A stretch of DNA of 60,720 nt, filler included, from Sphacelaria rigidula (Eukaryota): NCBI GenBank assembly GCA_964200075.2. It is 7 parts of 7 records of this genome, joined end to end, with 100 filler letters (N's around TTAATTAATTAA, not from the genome) between each part and the next. Parts side by side here need not be neighbours in the genome. Positions count along the whole stretch, not along the records: positions 1 to 8,589 come from CAXNAA020010679.1; positions 8,690 to 17,278 come from CAXNAA020010680.1; 5 more parts are not named here. One strand, 5' to 3'. The notes beneath the pieces are model-generated. The model made no database searches, was not told the origin of the DNA, and saw only the letters and a program-made list of their open reading frames with translations. The translations under genes were made by a program, and so were the position numbers. Within the stretch, counting starts at the first letter, position 1, and each line of letters begins with the position of its first letter. Positions 1 to 13,000 of this stretch are shown here, in pieces.

Positions 1-1085
1 CTGTCGCTGTCATCGGCCGTGCCCGTAGCCATCACCGCGTCTTCTTTCTTCTCTGTTGATCTCGGGCAGTCCCAGAACGTGTGCCCCTGCTGGCCGCACC
101 TCCCGCAGTATCTCTTCGGGCAGTTCCTGGCCCGATGCGTCGTGTTCTCGTCGCAAACGTGGCAGTGGAGCAGTTGCCCAGTCGCCGGTTTTCCGTCCGA
201 CGATGCCGACCCAGAGCTACTCGAACTCTGGCTCCCGCCCTTCTTCTGGCCAGAGCCCTGGGATTTTCCCGGTTTTCCCTTGCGGTGAGCACCGCTCGGT
301 TTTCCGGTTCCACCCCCGGCAAGAAGAGCCTTGTCGCCCGGGGATGACTTCTTTCCCCGGGCAAGTTCCTGTCTCAAAGATGTTGATTCGAAACGCTTTC
401 GAATCGAAGTCAACACGATCTCTCGTGTCACCGGTCCCTCTCGATCCTCGAGCAATTGCTTCTGGATGTGATACTCGAAAGGCAACGCGTTGAGGAATTT
501 CAGGAGAACATGGTTTTCGCTTAGTCATTCATGCTCCTCGTACGAGTTCAGGTTACGTGCAAGTTCCTCCATCTCGAGCAGCTTCTGCTCTGGATCACCA
601 CGAACACCGATCTTGATTCCATCAAACTTTTCCAACAAAGCGGTTCTCGCCCCATTTGTTTTGGGGCGAAAGACATCCTCGAGTTTCTCCAAACCGCAGC
701 AGGTGAGTGGGTTCTAAGCAAAATATTTATTCCTCCTTCCTTCTAAACTAGCTACAAACATTCATCTGGCCCTTACGATGGCTACCACTGTGTCTTTCCC
801 ATGTCTGTTCTCTAGATACCCCATCGCTATCTCAGGATTACCGACACCTACATCGTGAGAACTATTGCCGGCCATGGTGAACACCCAGTCAACTCCTTCG
901 CCCCTTGCGAAGTTGACCAGTTCGTGCCTGTACCAAGCATAATCAGCGCTCTTCCCTGAAAATTTTGGGACGTTCTGTCGAAAAACGGGAACCCCTGACA
1001 CATTTCCACTTGTATCGTCAAGTTGGAGTGACTGACGTGCGGGGACAAAGCCCCTGGCTTCGTCACTGGTGGCCTCGTTGTCCAT
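1..1085 (-). mobile_element. Degenerate Ty1/Copia-type LTR retrotransposon gag (truncated by contig edge)
   Basis: Minus-strand translation across stops and frameshifts gives PKFSGKSADYAWYRHELVNFA, then AVW..LEDVFRPKTNGARTALLEKF, then VLLKFLNALPFEY (Copia gag-type helices). Two zinc knuckles follow near 65-165: CHVCDENTTHRARNC and CGRCGQQGHTFWDC. Internal stops occur near 762 and 527. Confidence 0.8.
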
Positions 1086-1299
1086 GTCGTCAAAGGTGCG
1101 GTGGAGTCACCAAAACCGCCCCATACTCGAGGTTTGGTGGTGATTTCGCAAGCTGCTGAAGCAGCGCCAATCTGTTTCATATGTTCCCACATTGATTCAC
1201 GATCACATATTTGTGGGCTGCCGCTGTCTAACAAAGAGACGCATTTGGCCGTAACATGAACAGTTTCTTGAGATCTCTACACCACAGTATGTATACTGG

Positions 1300-1700
1300 T
1301 CTACGATCGGCAATTCCTCCTCTCCCCACTTTCATTTCACCTCTACCAGATTTGTCTCATCTTTGTTACAGACGATTACCGCGCATTTGTTGAGGTGCGC
1401 TGTCACTCTCCATTTCCTACTGTATTCTAGCGCGTTGCCTATCTGTGTCTGTAACCCTTCTGCTGTTCCTGAAATCCCCACAAAAGCATATGCGAACATC
1501 AATCCTGATATCGCATCTTCACCCACCTTGTGATTCCTTGATTTTGTGCTTCTTTCGCTAATATTATATCATTAATGAACATTTTGAATAGAGTGGGTGA
1601 TGTCGAAATATTTCGATATTTCCCCGTCTAGCATCATGGCACTTTTCGCACATTCTGTCATCTTCTTTACCATTCTCCACGTGTTTCCCCTGACTAGCTG
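1300..1700 (-). mobile_element. Degenerate LINE (non-LTR) reverse transcriptase fragment
   Basis: GNTWRMVKKMTECAKSAMMLDGEISKYFDI and SGLMFAYAFVGISGTAEGLQTQIGNALEYSRKWRVTAHLNKCAVIV match the non-LTR RT layout. The catalytic FADD has decayed to FAYA. Confidence 0.8.
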
Positions 1701-2249
1701 CTGGGGAGGGGATGCATCATCCCCTTGGATTACTAATGCCCCAAGTTCTGCGTAAAACTTGGCTTTCATGCCTTATGCTCAGATCTATAAAAATATATGT
1801 TTGAAAAAAAAGCGCAGAGTTATGCGCAGAAACCCCGTTTTATGCGAAGTTATATGCGCGCATAAGACACAAAAGCCTAAATGCAGTAGGCCTTGGCATC
1901 AGATTCAAGACTCAGGCTGACCCTGGCTCCTTATTTCCATGAGCGGACCGCTTCTGTACTCATGCTGCGCCCCTCGTTTAAAGTGATGTTGATCATGTTC
2001 GCGTCAGCCCTACTAAACCAACACCGTGACCATTACGTAATACCTCCGCTGTAGTAGTGGTGGCACTATACACGTGGTAGACCTGGAGCACCGTGTCGGA
2101 ACACCCGAGACCCAGACCGAGCAAACTAATTACCAGCGCATACAGGTGGTTCACAATGACGACCCCGTGAAGATTATACTGCACTTGTTTTAGAACAGCT
2201 CTCGCCGTAACTCTCATGCTGTCCCCACTTCCTCCTGGCGTACCCTAAA

Positions 2250-2620
2250 CCCTGCCCCCTACTAACAGGTCTTTGGTTACGTCGACTTCGTCACGGGGAG
2301 AGCCGCCGAGACGTGCGTCCGGACCCAAGCATATCTATTCGTTGGCGGTCGACCAGTGGTGGCAGATTTCGGGACAGGAGCGCCCAAGGGCTCGTTTCAA
2401 AGCCAGGACGGCGCGCAGACCACAATCCCATCCGCTGGTGCTGGGGTTGGCAAGGGGAGGCGCCCAAATTCAAGGTTCACGTCAAGTAAGACACGGTGGG
2501 TGGCGACGATCGGCGATGGTGAAGATTCCAGCGGGCATGTGCGGCGGAGAGTTGCATGTTTGTCGGAAGGCGTGTCGGACGTCGGTTTTGGCGTAACAAA
2601 GATCCCCCTCCCCCCCCCCG
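2250..2620 (-). mobile_element. Highly decayed DIRS/Ngaro-like RT fragment
   Basis: LCYAKTDVRHAFRQ and, in a shifted frame, VLLDVNLEFG resemble the xKxDVKDAFRQ...DLRLEFGW motifs seen more intact at 31900-32120. Confidence 0.45.
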
Positions 2621-5600
2621 CCTCCCTCCCCCCTTCCACGCGCGCGCTCAGCCGAAGATCCCCCTTCGTTGTTGGATAGTTGTTGTCGAGAGCTTTCCAA
2701 CGTGACCCCAACGCCTTGAGCGCGGACTGTACAACTCAAGTTGTAAAGAGTGTAACAGGAATGCTATATGTTGGCACTCGTACAACTATGACCTGAGTCA
2801 TTCGGCTGGCGACTTTGTGAGAGGCAATACGCAGGCCCATGCGTCCTTTTAACTCCATCGCATCTCGGTATTCATTTCGGCCTTGAAGTGGAGCGGAGGT
2901 GGGAAAGAGGAATAGGGTGGTCTCAACCCAAGTAGTGAAGCTAGCTATTCCCAACATGGAGGAGACATCTACACTGCAAGTTGACTCGAGCGGTAGAAGA
3001 GTGTAAAGTAGCTGGATTCGGAGTAGTAGGAATGCGGTCTGTTTTGAGGGATCAACGACGCTTGACCGCTGTCCAAGACTGGATTAATCTTGTAACTACA
3101 CAGCAAGGAATATATCGCTTGACTTGTACAGCCGCCAGGTAAATACCATACATACATCACCGAAAAGGGAAAATAGAAAATTCGGGCCACGGTACGAGTG
3201 CTTGCGTGCCCCCACGTCAGCCCGGCAGCTGCTGCAGTTTCACGCAGGGAGCCCTCACCAACATGGGGGATATTCGCTGTAGGCGCAAACAAATGGTGGA
3301 CCAAGCACGGCGGGTGAATGCTGGAACCAAGAACAGACAGGTCACTCTGGGGCAGGAAAGAATACCCATGGCATGTGTAACGCTTGTCGGATCCTGGCGA
3401 CTGTTGACCCTAGACCTTCATGAATGCTGGGCGGGGACGATACGACGCATTTCCGCTGATCCAGAGTTTGTTTATCAAGGGCGATACTCTTGTGAGGGCG
3501 AGGAGGCGGAGGAGGTTCTCGTCCCCTCCGAAACGATCAGACCGTTGGTGAATGTGAACGAAACGAAATCAACGGGGTGTTGTGTTGTGTGTGTTATGTT
3601 ATGTAATTTACCTGCTAAATGATAACACTCCCTTTCGACCTTACTCCACTGAAATCGCGCACTCGCTCCTGCAATTGAGTCTCTACATGGAGATATGGTA
3701 CTGGTGCCAGATACGATACCCTCATTTGTGTTGATACAAATCGAAGACATGAAAGATTACGAGGCAAGAGATAAATGAGGTCACAATGGAAATCCCAAAG
3801 GGCAGGGAAGGTGAATACATTCACTTTTGTGCTAGGTTTTCAACTTTATTCTTCTACACCATGTGGAGACACTTGTCTTTTGCCCAAACGTCCGGGCAAG
3901 GGGGACTGATCTGGTCAATTGCTTCTCTTAAACGATGTTTCAAGTATGGGAAAGGAGCCGTTGGGTCGATCGACCGATATATATATATATATACTGGTAT
4001 GTATATTTTGTCGCGTGTGAGCCGATCAGCTACGAATGTCAGCTACGAATGTAGCCTCGTTCAAAATGTTGACATACCCGAGGTAAAGTTAGGAAAAACC
4101 CGCGTCAAAGAACATTTGAGAAACTGGGCACATAAGAGTGATGCCACGGCACGGGTGCACGTTTCAGTCTGGGAGATTTCTGAGGTTGCACACTATTACA
4201 AGGCCCAGAGATTTGTCATCGAGAGGCTCCTACAAAACAGCCCCAGAGAAACGAAGTGCATCCCTACCGTGGCATTTTTCATGAAGGAACCGATGGAACC
4301 GACAGAGTAAACCGGCGCGCTGAAAACAAAAACATACGCCAGGTAAGAGCTAGCAGTACGGGCCTCGAACAATATCAGATTAAATGGTGCACTACCAGAT
4401 TTTTCGGACGAGGGGGCCGTATCGAAAACAGGGCCTAGAAAACAGCTTGAGAATCAGCTATCTGGACACCACCCTTTCAGGGCAGGGACTGTCAGCCGCC
4501 AACTATCAAGGGAGGCACAAATACCAACACAGCTCAAAATTAAAAGAACGCGGGGAGGAAATAAACACAGAGAGAGGAGGGGGGAGGATATAGATAGACC
4601 CAGGAAGCACAAATGAATGAAAAAGAAGACAGCGTAGTTGAAAGCTGTTGTCGAGAAAATGTCCCTGTGCGCGGGTGAGAGTGAAAAGGCAAGGTACAGC
4701 GTAGTGCGTGATTACCACGTGGATACCTGCGAAGGTTATGAAGCTTTTGCGGAGAAGGAAATTTTGTTTTATGGAAATGCCATTTTAAAACCATCCGATA
4801 ACGGCGTGAAGGCTGCAGAACCCGGAGAAAGCATGCTGAAGAAAGAACATAACACCACTACAGTAGCAATGACTGAAATATTTACGAGCAGTGCCGCAAA
4901 ACCACGCGAAAGGCTAGCAAACATCCTGACGTTCCCACCGCTTTTTTGTTGTTGTTGTTCCAACTATGCTCATGCGGGTACTAATGCAAAATGCAAGTGC
5001 ACGAAAAATAACTCGAAGGAAAATTACGTGGTAAGGAATAAGCAAAGAAGAGTTGGATCCGGACGTCCAACTCTGATCGAAGGGAACGCACAGATGAGAG
5101 TGCAAGGACCCCATATTCGACAAAAACTACCGATGTGAAACGAACACAACACGAGCTCAACAGATGAGAAATGGTAACTACTGAAACCCAAAGGGTTCAA
5201 CTCGACCCAAAAGGACGAAATATGCGAGACAACGCACAAGGTGTATAGTAAGATGAAAACGGACCCGACTCCAACGATGAACTCAAAGGATCACGCAGAT
5301 GTGAAGGCAAGGAACTCCGTTCACGAGACAACAGAAGAAAGGTAGGAATCGGATGAAAAAACACCTGTGGAGAGGGTCGCAGATGGGGCGAATCGAAGCA
5401 AACCCTACATCACCGAAACGGACGCAACTCTGAAAACTGCTGAGCGGAAGGACAAACGAAAACTACTGTGTTGTTGATTTTCGCCTTGTTGTTCACATAG
5501 TTCACGCGGTCCCTCTGTCGCTTGCGCCGTCGTTGTGCAGCCGTCATGACGCGTTGTAAACCGTTGTCGGTGTCCATGGAGGCACGTACTGCTGCTGATG

Positions 5601-8589
5601 AAGTGTTGTGGATGTTGTTTTTTTGGCTGCGGTGGTAAGTGTAGATTGTGGGTGTGCATTGACTGTGTGGTTTAAAGGTCGGCGGGCATGTAGGTGTTGT
5701 CCATCTAGGACGGCGGCGTGATCCGGAACGTCACACCTGGACTGTGGGCACAAAATAGATCGCGAAAAAATCCGCGGGTGACACACACACGATATACACC
5801 CGAGGTGGCAAAACAGGTGCACTGCTTCGTCGACGGGTGCTCGTGTAGTGGGCGTGTGTGTATGAGGGCTTGACATTTCCGACTACCGCTGGACGGGTCA
5901 ACTTGCAATTCCGCTGCACAGACACACAGTGTTCGCTGCTTACATCATGGTGTGCACACAAGTCAAGCTGTGATGCGACATAACACAACATCCTTGCTAC
6001 TGCTGTAGTCTGGCGTATGCGCCGGATTGACCCGCGCCTGACGGACCGAGAAAATCCCAGACTCGTGGGGAAAATGCTTCGGGTAATTCGTGTGTCGGGT
6101 GTGTGTGGTCGGGAGGTGTTGAGGTTCTTGGGGGAGACAAAAGGTATCCCATGCTCGGCACGTGTTCGTCGCTGGTGTGATGCCGTGCACACAGACGAGG
6201 CTGTGTGCGTGTGCATTTCACGGATCGCCACGAAGTACGCAGTACGATATGCATGGTGTGCCGCTATGCTCTTCGCCCGAGTAGAGATGGCAATAGATCT
6301 GTACATCGACCGGCGGGTTACAAGGAAGTCTGCAACAAAAGGTAGAGTATAGTCGATGTACACATCTGCTGCACCTCCTGCTGCTGTGTTCGTCTCCTGT
6401 ATCGCGCAGCTGCATGGCTACACGTTCGCTCTCCCCTTGCCACAGTCGTTTCTTGACCCCCGGGCCTCAGCGGTGGATCTATGTCGCTGTGGCGAGAGAG
6501 GTACGTCGACTTCAGACCCACACAGAGTCGTGCATAGTCAAAAATAAAATCCAAAATACAGTCTCAACCCATACTTTTTGCAAGTACTGCGACGGGCCAC
6601 ACTTCTGTGAGTATATAATTAGGGTGATTTACACGTACTGTCAAGTGTGCATGAGAGCATATGTCATGCAGCTTGCCCTCGCTGGCATACTTCCAAGTCG
6701 TTTTTCCTTCACGAGATGAAGGGTTTCTACAAATCAAAGTTGAGGGGGAAAATATGCAATCCTACCTTGACGTGACTTCTCAGACGACCTGACACACTCG
6801 CGGTGTGCTCGTTGTGGGTGAGAACATTGTCACGCAGTATGAATGGGTGCATCGTATTGGCACCAAGCTCGTCCGAACACAAGTTGCGTCGTTCTCCACG
6901 GTTTGAAGTGGTATTTTCGTGGAAGAAACGGCTCGAAATACCCCCCTCCCCCACTCTCCTCCTATCACAGGATGATTTCGAGGTTCTCTCCCACTTGCCG
7001 CGGTCGGGGGCGGGGCGGGGGGCGGGGGGGGGGTGTTATTTGCGCAAGATCTTTTCCAGTGATCACAGCTCAGTTCGATTCAAAGCCGAGCCCCGCTTGA
7101 AAGCGGGAAATGCTTGTTTGCACCCTATAGAGCTAGTTCTACGAGGGGATCGCTTACAGAGGGATCCCCGCTGGATACGAAAGGCGGTATGACAATCCTG
7201 AGCTATTTCCATGATGGCGGACCTTATGTTCATGTGATATCTTGCGTACCTATGCGCATGTATGTACAGTTCTTGCGTATGCGATTCGATACACAACAAA
7301 GTGGTACACTTACGACGCCAAACTACTGTACAGCGTCTACTGCAGTACAGAGTATACAGTGTACAGTGTCACCTGCTCGATGCATACCAAGGGGTATGAC
7401 ATACAGACCAGGTTTGTATGGTCCGTATGCCATACCCTGTGATGCTTACCCAACCCGGCAAGGAACCGGGGTGTCCTTGCAGCCGAGCGGTGCTGACCGT
7501 CGTTCTGCGGCTCAGCTTTACAATGCATGGCGTGTTATTCTGTATTGACTCATGGCCTACTTCTCAACCTCCACCACGATCGTGGCCTATATGAGTGCTG
7601 TTGTGGGAGGTCTACCTTCGATGGCCGTACGCGGCAAGACACCTGTCGACGCTACTACTGTCTGTAGAGTTGGCTGGGTAGGATATTGCCACCTTATCAT
7701 ACGCACCATTTTCTGCACTCCAAATCTAGAATACAACCATCATCTTTCATGACAAAACAGAACACAATCGTATTCCAATGTACGGGTGATAACACGTGTG
7801 GTCAAGCAGGTTGAGATCCAGTAGAGCAGTGACGGCTCATTCCTGAAAGTGATGGAGGAGCTTCTACGCTGGAAGATTGAGTGTGAGTATTTCCTCGAAC
7901 TAGACAAGTTGGCTTAGGTGAGACAGCAAGCAGTTTGGTATGCTCTACGAGTCTTCCTACGATGGGGGGGGAGTATTTTGGGCCACTTCTTGCACAAAAT
8001 TTCATATCAAATCGTCGTTGAAAGCAGCAATGGTTATTCAAACTAGCTTGTTATACTGTGCTGTAGATGGATCATACTGCTTGGCACGGTTGTCAACCAA
8101 CTACAAGCGCACCGCGAGTGTGATAGGTCGTCTGACACACCCATGATCCGCGTTTTTCGTGCAATCAAACACCCCCCCCCCTCCCTCACCCCATCGTGGG
8201 ATAACTCCTACATCGACGTGCATGGTACGGCCAGTACGTATAGTTGCGACATCACACCTAGCTGTAGACTTATGACCCACGCCGTGAGTTCTTGCTCTCC
8301 TAGAGGACTGAAGGAGGATGGTGGATATGCGCCTCACCAAACCGTTGGAAACGTAAATCACAATGCACCCTTCTGCTATCAGCTGCGCAATAAGTTCAAG
8401 CCGCGAGTGCAGGTTATGCAAGTTCATAGCCTCTCTCATGCGGTACTGATATATCTTGCGCGTTGGTCAGCTGGGGGTGTCGTCTTTCGTGAAGAAAGGT
8501 ACCAAGGGTCGGACAAACAATGAGTGTGTTGTGTTGTGTTGTCGTCCCATTTATTCTGGACGCTAGTCTACCCCTTTCGGGATATGTGG

Positions 8590-8689
8590 NNNNNNNNNNN
8601 NNNNNNNNNNNNNNNNNNNNNNNNNNNNNNNNNTTAATTAATTAANNNNNNNNNNNNNNNNNNNNNNNNNNNNNNNNNNNNNNNNNNNN
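8590..8689. other. Artificial contig-joining linker
   Basis: 44 N + TTAATTAATTAA (stops in all six frames) + 44 N. Confidence 0.98.
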
Positions 8690-8759
8690 AAAAGCTCCAA
8701 AAAGACATTTTTCCGGGTTTTTATTTTTGTCTATTATAGGAAGCGGCCTCATGAGTTAA

Positions 8760-8955
8760 GGGCAATGATCAGTTTTCAGGTACAGTATCAGTAAAATGCC
8801 TTCAACTCATGAAAAAAAAAAGTGGTACCGAGGTAATCTTGTCTTTTATGCCCTATTCATTGTCCATACCAAATTTCAGGGTCCAACTCTAAATGTATAA
8901 AAGAGCATGGCCCTGCAAACTTCATAAAATCCGCCTCTAGGCTGGCCCAGCTCAT
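8760..8955. repeat. Dispersed non-coding repeat (MITE-like family)
   Basis: The motif tatgccctattcat...ccataccaaatt...ccaactctaaat...cctgcaaa...ggctgg(c/a)cagctc recurs at about 14380-14570 and 53230-53365 on different contigs. Confidence 0.7.
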
Positions 8956-10046
8956 AAGACATGCCCTTATCAAATTATTTTCGACTCGAAAACGTATGTT
9001 GGAATTGAATTTGCTCTTACCTGATACGTCCATGGCATCCGTGTTCTCAACCATCTGAGATAAGAAAGAGCGTGGTCGAATCGGAAAGGAGCCGATTCGA
9101 CCGCACGTTTTCGACACAAAATCAATTTGATAAGACAGGGCCTCATTTCATTGGGAGTCAACTCGTATGAACTCTGATTCGTCGTAACCGTGGACACTTC
9201 TGAGATGGCTTATCGTTTATCTTTTTCTTCCGAGAAATCAAGGTGATCCCAGCCTGACATCACAGGTGTTATACAGTTGTAGTAAAAGTATGGAGCCGGT
9301 CGCTTATTGGTCATGAGTTGTACAACTCTACAGTAAAGTTACAACAATCTCCCCGAGGATTATGATGTCACTGTGCGGTTAGACCTACAGGTGTGAGCGT
9401 GCGTAGTGAACGTCGCGTGCACACGCATTTCAAGGGAGGCGGGGAAAACTTGCGATTGCGCTGTGCTGTGCTGCACTGGCGCTCTGTACTCTCTCGACCG
9501 TAAGCCGAACCAAACTGTCTCTCGCACTATTGTGCTTGAAAGCTCCACTGTTGTACTGACTGTACTGTTGTTGTCATACTCTTGTGTGCAAACAGCAAAT
9601 AATCACCCTTGGATTACCGCTTGTTCTTGTTTTGGTGTAGCTCTCATCCCAATTTCACCTGATACCGATACCACAAGCTTTCTAGAAACTGTAAAGTATC
9701 CACCAAAGGCCATTCGCCCACCTGACACACTTTCGTTCGCCACCGCGTTCGCTCCACCAGGCACACGAATAAAGTAGGGCACATGCAGGGAAGATGCAAG
9801 CAGTAGCACAATACCAGTGGGGTACAAGTAGCACGGAAAGATGGTGATGAAGCTTATGGGCGGACTGCTGGCGGTAAAATCAACGGGACGAAAAATAATG
9901 CTGGAAGCCGAAAGTGATGATTAATAACAAGGGATAACATTCATGGAGACCAAGAGCAAAGGCCTGATGCCGGGTCTCGGCGAAACCTGGCCCCTCACAC
10001 AGAAGAAAAGCGCGCCCACCACGCGCATCAGGGTTGCTGCGCATTA

Positions 10047-13000
10047 ATGCTTAGGCGCAATCGTCTGCTGAGCGACAGTCCAAGTGCACACTTCGCTCCC
10101 GTGGCTCCCTCAGCTGGTGATTCACCACCCAGGTACGTCTCACAATAGACAAAAGGACTAAGTTCACTTCACCAAGGCTGGCGGTGGGACAGCTTGTAGT
10201 CAGTTGCCAACGAGAAAAGTCGCACATCCTCCGGTTTCGACCCTACTGACTGTATAGTACAGGCAAGTCAGTATAGTATACTGCTGCACAATGTGGGGTG
10301 ATCAGCAGTATAATCTGTCGTCTTGATCTTCAAGGGCAATAGTCGCCTCCAGAACACACCGTGGGAGCCGCCGGCAGGGGACATTGTTGTCGTGTAACGG
10401 TGACATGAAGACAGAAATCTGTACCCCACAAGAGCAGCCTATCACGCAGAACGATAGCCTGAATGTGTCAAATTCAGTGTGCGTGAGGGGACATGTGTAG
10501 TTACGAAGCACAGCAATGCCGACGACCTTTGCTGTTGTTCACGGCAGTACACATCTCATGAGAACCTTTCGATCTTTTGGTCCAGGGCCGAGCCGGCGGG
10601 TGGGGTTACCCCCGGGGAACTGGAGGAGCTCCTGAACAAAAAGAAGTTGACGCAAGACGAAATCATGGTGATTAGGCAGAGCATGGTTCAGGTATGGATG
10701 TTTGCCGTGTTTATATGGAAAATGCCCGTTGTGCTGTGCGCCTCTTGCCTTTGTGTAGTAAGCCCCCCCCCCCTGCGTTTAACATACGATACTTGGCCCT
10801 TTTGTTCCGTCCGTTCTGACTCTCTTCACTGCTGTCGGTATAGTCGGTGTATAGTTGGTGTTGTTATCTTCACGTTGAAAAACCGTTCCGATATCTGCGC
10901 ATTACTACTCGTACTGGGCATCTGGATCTTCCCCACTTTCCCAGTTTCCTCCAGCCGGTTTTTCCCGTTCTGTTCACCGTGGGTATGTGTGTCTTGCGAC
11001 CAAGACTTGTTCCCTCGCACCAGATTTCGTGTGGCCTTCAACTAATCGATTGATCAATCATTGATGTATCCCTATTCAATCATTTTGGCCCAGGAGCCCC
11101 TCTCTGGTGCACGATGGTGCACCACTGTATGTCTGTCTGTACACAGAAGGTCGGAACACTTTTGACCATATGAGTACGACACCTGCCTTGCCGCATCGGG
11201 AAAGTTACATTTACGTAGAACAACTACTGTACAGTTTATATCAATAATATTGAAGCAGTAGCTCTGAAGGTCATGCAATCACACCGCACGTGGTGTTTGA
11301 TGATGCTGAAACTTGCAGTGTGCGTCGCTTGAGACCGCAGACGGGTGTTGAAGCCATCAGTTCGGTAGCGCAAGAGGCTCAAGGTGTCGTGGGGATGAAA
11401 TGATGATTACGAGCCCTTCGCATATATTTCAGGACATTTTTTTCGATTCGTACGAGGTAATGGCTGTTGTAGAGGTTACGGCATCAAACCGGCGCGGAGG
11501 CAGCCGCAAATCTCGGCAGCATAGTCGTCCCGTGCCCCTCGTCGTCGGTCAACATTCGCAGTAACACAAGTTACGGGCACAGTTGGGGCTTCTTCATCTC
11601 TGTGAGATTGCTGCCCTCAACATTCGCTTGCCGTCTTGTACCAGACGTCGCCGTGAAGCCGAGCCGGTGTAAAAGGTTTCCACGTGTTCTGCCAAGGACC
11701 ACTGTAAGCCTCTTGGGGATGGAGGGGTACGTTGTCTTTTTTGTCTTGAAGACACCGCTGTAGTAAGGATCGCAGGCATTGTAAGAGACTGATCATCAGT
11801 GGGGCGGTTGTTGCTGTGTCTTCTACTGGAATCAATTTGGAATCCGAGCTTTGGTGCCTCCTACGTGAAGATTTTTGGCGTTGATTTTACGGTATCACTC
11901 GATCTCATTATGCAATATAGTGCAATTTTCACGTGTGCAATGGTCGCAGATGGATCAAGGGTACTGCAGCGCTCCCCACGCGTGGTTCGTGTCGTGCAGT
12001 CAGTACAGTACGGTCTGGTATGTGCGCAAAGTGCCAATTTTGTCTCGTCAAATTGGGTAGCTGGATACATTGTGTATATCGAGCGCTTCNNNNNNNNNNT
12101 CTACCTAACAGCAAGTATAATGCCTACCTGTGACCTATCCTAGTTTCGTTACAGTACCCTGCTCACTTTATCCGAATGTCCGTTTATACCACCCCCCTTT
12201 CGAAGAAATCACTCGGCTGGACCGTCAGCCGGAAAGTAGTACTGAGATGAGGCTCGTCGTTCGAAAAGTTGGCAAGCGCGCACACTATCTACAGCTACAA
12301 CTAATGTGCAGTTGCCTGCACCGCAACTCTCAGGTGACGATCTAGTGCAATCAGTTGTCTGTTGACAAGTAGTGGCAGCAGAGTTCACGGGAGTTGGTCA
12401 CTAAAATCCAATGTTTAATGGCTTTAGTCTTAACTATCACATTCGGATTCTCTCGGGGGCAACAGTTGAAGGTGCCCGCCATCATGCGCACACACGCGTT
12501 TTTTGCTGAAATTTGCAGATTTGAGCTCTGGCAATTGCACGATGCCTGGGGCGCTGCATGTTTCCTCGATAATTATCGGTTTGCCATGGTATGCGTATCT
12601 CATTGCTGGATGAAAATACTGCACAACTAGTTGCTTTTGGACAACTATAATGTTGGATAAGGAACCCCCGCCAGTAGTCGCCTATAAACGAGCGCTGTAT
12701 GAAAATTTTACATGAACAAGTTTGCCTGTGGACAACAGCGTAATTTGAAACCTGTGCAGCTGTTCTCATGTGGACGACGTCTACGGAACCGTGCCGTCGA
12801 GAGTCGGGGAAAGCGCCGTTGTTTGGTGTTCTTGTTTCCAACATGTAGACCAAAAAAAAAATCCTCAAAGTCCCGCCCCCTCTATCATGTGAGGAGCTAG
12901 TATATGCAAACAATCTATTTTAGCGGCCTACTAGCGCCATCTACGCCAACATTGTGGTCATCCTCCAAAAGCTGGCGAGACTGTCATACCATATTCTCGG

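Noticed and set aside
5690-8520. Exon-like segments with plausible splice sites in contig 1
   Set aside because: I could not assemble them into a consistent ORF or a recognisable protein.
12090-12099. Internal 10-N gaps (also 38208-38217)
   Set aside because: These are ordinary scaffold gaps.
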